From: Pseudomonadota bacterium
GTDB lineage: Bacteria > Pseudomonadota > Alphaproteobacteria > MED-G09
Length of the DNA stretch: 64,000 nt
NCBI GenBank assembly: GCA_036344135.1
Contig: JAYYUG010000097.1
Coordinates: forward strand, 8,034 to 72,033
Direction: 5' to 3'
Below are positions 59,266-64,000 of this stretch, one piece after another. Below the pieces are notes generated by a model. It was given only the letters and a program-made list of their open reading frames with translations. It searched no databases and was not told the DNA's origin. The translations under genes were made by a program, and so were the position numbers. The stretch's first letter is position 1. Each line of letters opens with the position of its first letter.

Positions 59266-60349
59266 GATTTCCGATTAAAGTATCCAAAAACTCAGGTTTA
59301 TGCATAAGAAAACCCTGACCTATTTTGCATCCAATCTTTACCATGGAGGCTTTCTGTTCCTCTGTCTCTATGCCTTCTCCTATCATTTCTAATGAAAGGG
59401 AGTTGCAAACTTCAACTACAAATTTAATAAGTTGTGCTGTTGATTTATCATCTAATCCATTAGTAAAATGTTTATCCAGTTTAATGACGTCTAAGGGAAG
59501 ATCTTTGACATATTTAAGTGATGCATAACCAGCGCCAAAGTCGTCTAACGCAATTTTTATTCCTTTTTCTTTAAGTACATTTAGATATTTACTTGCCTTC
59601 ATAGTATCACTTAATTCAGCAGTCTCAGTTACTTCAAGTCCAAATTCTCCGGGTTCAAATTCAAAACTATCAGCAAAATCTGCAAATATTTTGCTGAACT
59701 CTGGGTGCATAATCGTATGAGCAGAAACATTTAAATATACAGTTGCGTTTTTCAGACCAATTTTATTTTTAACAGGAAATATTTCTGAAAGTTTCTTCAA
59801 AGATGATTTAACAACAAGAGAAAATAGACTTTCTCCTTCAATTTGAGGAATTATTATGTCATTAGGGATAATTTTACCCTCATCATCTCTTAACCTCAAC
59901 AGAGCCTCAACACCTGTCACTTCTCCCGTTTCTAGATTAAACTGCTTTTGATAAGCTAAATCAATACGGTCATACTCTACACAGGATATTGTTTGTTTGA
60001 GGGCTTCCAATCCAAGACGTGATTCACACAAAACCTCTATAAGTAGGAAATTATCAGAATCCTCTGAGGGGATTAGGTGAATTCTAGTTGTTATATAAAA
60101 TTCGATTTTTCGAAGACATATTTCAATAGAAGTGGAATAGGTGTTAGCTATTAAATCTTTGGAAGATTGAGAGTCTTCATCTATTTTAATATTTTTTATT
60201 GTTAGGTCAGATGTGTTTCCTGTACGAAATATGTACTCAGACGCCAGATTTATCCACTTAATGGTTCCATCTGTTTCACAGATAATGTAAGGGCTCGGAT
60301 GATGCATTAGAGATTTGAATAAATAATCTAGGTGATTTGAAGAATCCAT
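59255..60349 (-). CDS. EAL-domain c-di-GMP phosphodiesterase with N-terminal sensory domain
   Basis: EALLR, DDFGAGYAS, KLDKHF, GEGIETEEQ catalytic motifs. Confidence 0.85.
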   Translation of the reverse strand: MDSSNHLDYLFKSLMHHPSPYIICETDGTIKWINLASEYIFRTGNTSDLTIKNIKIDEDSQSSKDLIANTYSTSIEICLRKIEFYITTRIHLIPSEDSDNFLLIEVLCESRLGLEALKQTISCVEYDRIDLAYQKQFNLETGEVTGVEALLRLRDDEGKIIPNDIIIPQIEGESLFSLVVKSSLKKLSEIFPVKNKIGLKNATVYLNVSAHTIMHPEFSKIFADFADSFEFEPGEFGLEVTETAELSDTMKASKYLNVLKEKGIKIALDDFGAGYASLKYVKDLPLDVIKLDKHFTNGLDDKSTAQLIKFVVEVCNSLSLEMIGEGIETEEQKASMVKIGCKIGQGFLMHKPEFLDTLIGNHDE

Positions 60350-60359
60350 TTCCGAGCCT

Positions 60360-60815
60360 TTAAATTTTATTTCTTTGTTCTTCTACAAGCTTAACAAAAT
60401 TCTTGGGAAACGTTGGAGACACCCAATCCCAAATTTCGAGGTTCTTTTTATCTCTTAAGAGGGTTCTAAATGATGATAACATTGCTATCCATTCTTCCTC
60501 ATCTAGCATACCAATAACATATTGATAATGTTGGTTCTGTCTTGCTCTTAAAATGGCTGTAAAGTGGGTTAGGTATATTGAGTTCTCTTCTTCATCAAGT
60601 TCTTCACCTTTTCTCAGTTTTACTTTGATCTTTACGATATCTTTATTAAGTCCAGCTAATGTTAGTTTTTGGTGACTATCAGCCATATTTTGCCGAGCAT
60701 TAGCTCTCGCAACTCTATTTTGCTCCTTCAGCTCTGTAACAAGGAAATAGACCGTTACAAGAACAGTAAAAGGACCGACAGTCTGGAGAATTATTACTAT
60801 TGTCTCAAAACCCAT
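60360..60815 (-). CDS. Hypothetical membrane-anchored protein
   Basis: 151 aa; single N-terminal TM helix, charged coiled region. Confidence 0.4.
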   Translation of the reverse strand: MGFETIVIILQTVGPFTVLVTVYFLVTELKEQNRVARANARQNMADSHQKLTLAGLNKDIVKIKVKLRKGEELDEEENSIYLTHFTAILRARQNQHYQYVIGMLDEEEWIAMLSSFRTLLRDKKNLEIWDWVSPTFPKNFVKLVEEQRNKI

Positions 60816-60992
60816 AAGCAGACTCCTTACTCATAATTTTAATCATAATTTTCCTTATAGCTAATTATATTTTATTCCAACTCAATAGTACATATGAGAA
60901 AAAGCGTATGATTAGCAAATATTTTACAAAATAAAGTGTTGTTGTTAATATCGATGGTGCTGTTGTCAAGATGGCTGGGGGAATCTAAAACC

Positions 60993-62417
60993 ATGAAAGT
61001 GATCAAAGCAAAAGATATGAATTATAAAGCCAACGGTGATGGTCCCACCTTGCAAAAAGTTTTTGATGGTGACAGCATCCAACCACCAGCAGCCTTTCGA
61101 GAAGACCCCAGTATGGAACTGGGTACAGCTGACATCTCTATCGATCGTTACACTTCCCAAGAATGGCATCAAGCCGAAGTAAAGAATGTCTGGCAAAAGG
61201 TTTGGCAGGTTGCCTGCCGATTAGAGGAAATCCCCGAGATAGGCGACTACGTTGTCTACGACATTGTAGACGACAGCTTAATCATTACCCGTACGAGTGA
61301 AAACGAAGTACATGCCTATTTTAATGCCTGTCTGCATCGTGGGAATGCTCTATGTATGGAAAATGGCCATGCCGAGAAATTCCGCTGTCCTTTCCATGGT
61401 TTTACTTATTCTTTGCAAGGCAAACTTGAATCTATCCCCAGTGACTGGGATTTTCAGCATGTCGACAAGAATGAATATTCCTTGCCCGAGGCCAAGGTCG
61501 GTTTTTGGGGTGGTTTTGTCTTTGTTAATCTCGACCCGAATTGTGGGTCTCTGGAAGATTATCTGGAGATCATCCCTAAGCATCTTGATGGATTTGATTT
61601 TGATAAAAAGTATAAGGCTATCCATTTATCTAAGGTGATGCCGTGCAATTGGAAGGTCTGCCAAGAGGCCTTTATTGAAGGCTATCATGTCGCCGAAACC
61701 CATTATGAACATACAGCTGATGGTGGTATCGACCCAGATGGTATTGGCTCCTTCATGGATGATGTAATGATGCAATATGATGTCTGGCCTGAAAGCAAGC
61801 ACGTGACCCGCATGATCCTGGCAAGCGGTGTCGCCAGCCAACATGTCGCTAAGCACGACCGGTCCGAACAACACATTATCGATATGATGTTACACTATCT
61901 GCCTGAAGACCAACGCCCGCAGTTGAAAGAAGGTGAAAAGGCCCGCCCTGCCCTTGCTGAACATAGCCGAAAAACACTTGGTGCCTTGTATGGCGTTGAT
62001 CTATCGCAACACAGTGACACAGATGTTCTAGACCAGGTGGAATACACACTTTTTCCAAACTTTACCTTTTGGCCAACCCTGTTTGCACCGTTGCTGTATC
62101 GTTTCAGGCCCCACGGCCATAATGTCGATGAAAGCATCATGGAAGTGTACATGCTTTATCCTATCCCCGAAGATGGACGAGACTATAAAACAAGTGAAGA
62201 AGTACGGCTGGCACCCGGTGAAACGTGGTCTTCACGCTCCGAACTTGGTAATTACGGCCCTATTCTCGACGAAGACACTCCCAATATGATCCGCATGACC
62301 AAAGGGCTGAAGACATCGCGTAAGCCGGGAATCACTCTCGCCAACTACCAGGAAAACCGCTTGCGCCAGTTTCATGGAGTTTTGGATGATTATGTTGGCG
62401 GGAAATACAAGAAATGA
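60993..62417 (+). CDS. Rieske non-heme iron oxygenase, alpha subunit (paralog 4, in GC-rich island)
   Basis: CLHRGNAL...CPFHGFTYS; catalytic-iron motif EGYHVAETH; ATG 60993 with GGGGAA RBS preferred over upstream GTG 60936; GC ~50% vs ~37% background. Confidence 0.85.
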   Translation: MKVIKAKDMNYKANGDGPTLQKVFDGDSIQPPAAFREDPSMELGTADISIDRYTSQEWHQAEVKNVWQKVWQVACRLEEIPEIGDYVVYDIVDDSLIITRTSENEVHAYFNACLHRGNALCMENGHAEKFRCPFHGFTYSLQGKLESIPSDWDFQHVDKNEYSLPEAKVGFWGGFVFVNLDPNCGSLEDYLEIIPKHLDGFDFDKKYKAIHLSKVMPCNWKVCQEAFIEGYHVAETHYEHTADGGIDPDGIGSFMDDVMMQYDVWPESKHVTRMILASGVASQHVAKHDRSEQHIIDMMLHYLPEDQRPQLKEGEKARPALAEHSRKTLGALYGVDLSQHSDTDVLDQVEYTLFPNFTFWPTLFAPLLYRFRPHGHNVDESIMEVYMLYPIPEDGRDYKTSEEVRLAPGETWSSRSELGNYGPILDEDTPNMIRMTKGLKTSRKPGITLANYQENRLRQFHGVLDDYVGGKYKK

Positions 62418-63295
62418 ACCCCGGTATAACTGCCAAGGTCAGTAGTAGAGTCGGACTGGACCTAACAATTAACCCTCTTTCCGAAGGCGTTGCATATGCA
62501 ACCTCAGACGTTTGGACTCTTGGAGGATGGAAAATTCAATTCGTCCACATTGGCCCTGGTCAACGCTTGGAACTTAACCAGGCTGATGGCACCATCTATA
62601 TAAAGATTATTCTGGGTGACCTGATAAACCTTGAACAAGAGCGATTTGCACCCCCCAAACAGGCTAGAGATACGCTGGTGACAACAGACTTTGTAGATGC
62701 CGGTGTTGCGGGTGCTCTTGTAACTGTCATCATAGAAACAAGTATAGTTGCCGACAATATCCACTCCATGGATGAAGTCACTTTCAAAGGACCTTTCAGC
62801 GAAGAGTTTAAGTGGGTCCAATTTGACCAGAGTCATATCGGCAAGAGCATTCCTTATTTTAAGGGTCTTGATGCCTATCTATTGCCTGGCTTCCACCTGC
62901 TCGATACCAAGGGTGATGAAATAATCTATGTGCACTTTTGGTCGGCTGGTAAAGGTGTCGACATGTCACCCCACGACCATTCATTGGCCCCCACCAAGAA
63001 CGCCCCTGCATTCACTGAAACCCACTGGGTCTTTAACAACGGTACGGGAAAGGGAGGTATGTATGATTGCGACCCCACCGACCGGAGAAAGCGAACCTAT
63101 ATAATCATGCAACGGGGGCAAGACCATGGCCCATTCTGGGTAATTAACGAAGACACGGGCATGCCCAGATTACGGGAAAATGGCGCCATAGAATTTGGTT
63201 TCCATGGTTGGCAGGCGGGTAACGATAATGAGCCCCAGCAAGCCTATGACCTGGTAGGCGCTTTCGAAATGAACCAAGCGCACTCAAAAGTTTAA
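62414..63295 (+). CDS. Uncharacterized 293-aa protein translationally coupled (ATGA overlap) to Rieske oxygenase; possibly metal-binding beta-barrel
   Basis: No P-loop, Rossmann or Fe-S motif; His-rich HFWSAGKGVDMSPHDHS segment; same elevated GC as upstream gene. Confidence 0.55.
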   Translation: MNPGITAKVSSRVGLDLTINPLSEGVAYATSDVWTLGGWKIQFVHIGPGQRLELNQADGTIYIKIILGDLINLEQERFAPPKQARDTLVTTDFVDAGVAGALVTVIIETSIVADNIHSMDEVTFKGPFSEEFKWVQFDQSHIGKSIPYFKGLDAYLLPGFHLLDTKGDEIIYVHFWSAGKGVDMSPHDHSLAPTKNAPAFTETHWVFNNGTGKGGMYDCDPTDRRKRTYIIMQRGQDHGPFWVINEDTGMPRLRENGAIEFGFHGWQAGNDNEPQQAYDLVGAFEMNQAHSKV

Positions 63296-63340
63296 GACGT
63301 CTTTTCTTGCACAGTCCAACTAATTTTACCTGTTAAAGCC

Positions 63341-64000
63341 CTATTTGATTGTGTTAATAAGATCTACATAACCTTTAACAAGGTTGTTTGATCTTGGTCC
63401 GCCTAATATGTCTTCTTCCATCTTATATGGCGTATAACAAAATGAGGTGCGAGAATCCATATCAGCTATAGACAGCGACCCTCCCCATCCAGACCAAAAA
63501 ACAACATTTCTATTTCCAAAGTACCCGTGCCATATGTCTGAACTATCATCCTGAAGTGAGAAACCCAAGCCCCATACCACAGATGGACCCAACGCAAGAT
63601 CTTCTCCTCTTATTTGTTCATTTAAAGCCATTTTTACAATCTCATCAGATAATAAATTTTTATCGTGAGATACTCCTCCATTTGCCATCAGAGCCATACA
63701 TTTAGCCATGGATCTTGCGTTCCCGTGACCGTTACCAGCTGGAATTTCAGCTTTTCTCCATTCTTCAGTTAAAGCATCTGAAGGTTGTATCATTCCATTA
63801 ACAAATGTTTTTTCTGCAATAGAGCCGGGCCTAAGCTCCAGCATATCTGTTGGATTTGGATTATCTGGCATATGGATTTCTGCAACTCTATTAAAATGAG
63901 ATTTATCAAGTCCGATATGAAAATCAGCTTGCAAAGGATCTGCAATATTTTCTTTAAAAAAGGCTCCCAAACTCTGTCCGGATATTCTTCTTACAACCTC
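63341..64000 (-). CDS. Serine hydrolase of the beta-lactamase/esterase family, C-terminal part (N-terminus beyond right window edge)
   Basis: Reading frame continues past 63970 (ORF-track M there is a TTG); C-terminal FWSGWGGS-type motif as in PF00144 proteins. Confidence 0.5.
   Translation of the reverse strand, partial: EVVRRISGQSLGAFFKENIADPLQADFHIGLDKSHFNRVAEIHMPDNPNPTDMLELRPGSIAEKTFVNGMIQPSDALTEEWRKAEIPAGNGHGNARSMAKCMALMANGGVSHDKNLLSDEIVKMALNEQIRGEDLALGPSVVWGLGFSLQDDSSDIWHGYFGNRNVVFWSGWGGSLSIADMDSRTSFCYTPYKMEEDILGGPRSNNLVKGYVDLINTIK

Noticed and set aside
60936-60992. Upstream GTG start (60936) for Rieske oxygenase 4
   Set aside because: ATG at 60993 has a GGGGAA RBS and gives an N-terminus aligning with the other three paralogs. 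The GTG extension, MLLLISMVLLSRW, looks like translated promoter DNA.
61297-62836. Several 60-110-aa ORFs on both strands inside the GC-rich island (61297..61638, 61350..62152 minus set, 62504..62836)
   Set aside because: They overlap the two motif-supported genes. Higher GC lengthens random ORFs, and none carries a recognizable domain.
63341-63970. Apparent Met start of the last minus-strand ORF at 63970
   Set aside because: The codon there is TTG, rendered as M by the ORF track. The reading frame stays open to the window edge, so the gene is a partial serine-hydrolase gene rather than a 209-aa protein.
1-64000. Search for tRNA, rRNA, CRISPR arrays, IS elements, integrases and toxin-antitoxin pairs
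   Set aside because: I saw no cloverleaf-like GC-rich 70-90-nt segments and no regularly spaced direct repeats. No transposase, integrase or recombinase-like ORF is present. The only notable repeat is the 53-bp direct repeat at 46.8 and 48.2 kb.

Overview
This 64-kb window is AT-rich (roughly 35-40% GC by eye) and densely coding, with about 60 protein-coding genes. I found no rRNA, tRNA, CRISPR array, transposase or integrase. Gene content is dominated by oxidoreductases and hydrophobic- or amine-substrate catabolism. It includes four paralogous alpha-only Rieske non-heme-iron oxygenases and an OYE/FAD flavoprotein. It also has a cytochrome P450, a Baeyer-Villiger monooxygenase, an AlkB-type membrane alkane hydroxylase with a ferredoxin and a truncated hemoglobin, and a copper amine oxidase. 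Alongside these sit an acyl-CoA dehydrogenase, a GST, four SDRs, two MDR quinone reductases, an aldo-keto reductase, a class III ADH and a Gfa protein. NTF2/SnoaL-like and EthD accessory proteins are scattered among them. There are two TonB-dependent receptors, one partial at the left edge. That edge receptor appears to sit in one operon with a beta-propeller phytase and two tandem GPH-family MFS transporters. The window also holds a LolCDE-like ABC system with a LolA-like periplasmic protein and an outer-membrane beta-barrel, plus a phosphorelay and c-di-GMP signalling module. The signalling module comprises a hybrid HK with two REC domains, a single-domain REC, a HisKA-like-REC-GGDEF protein and an EAL protein. 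The content and composition suggest a marine, streamlined, low-GC gammaproteobacterium of SAR86-like lifestyle, but this is inference only. The most unusual signals are: (i) a ~2.4-kb GC-rich (~50%) two-gene island at 60.9-63.3 kb carrying a fourth Rieske oxygenase translationally coupled to an uncharacterized 293-aa protein; (ii) an alkB-truncated hemoglobin-[2Fe-2S] ferredoxin operon; (iii) a HisKA-like (possible phosphotransfer)-REC-GGDEF protein next to a hybrid kinase; (iv) a perfect 53-bp direct repeat flanking a single inserted gene at the 3' end of a secreted tandem-VOC gene.
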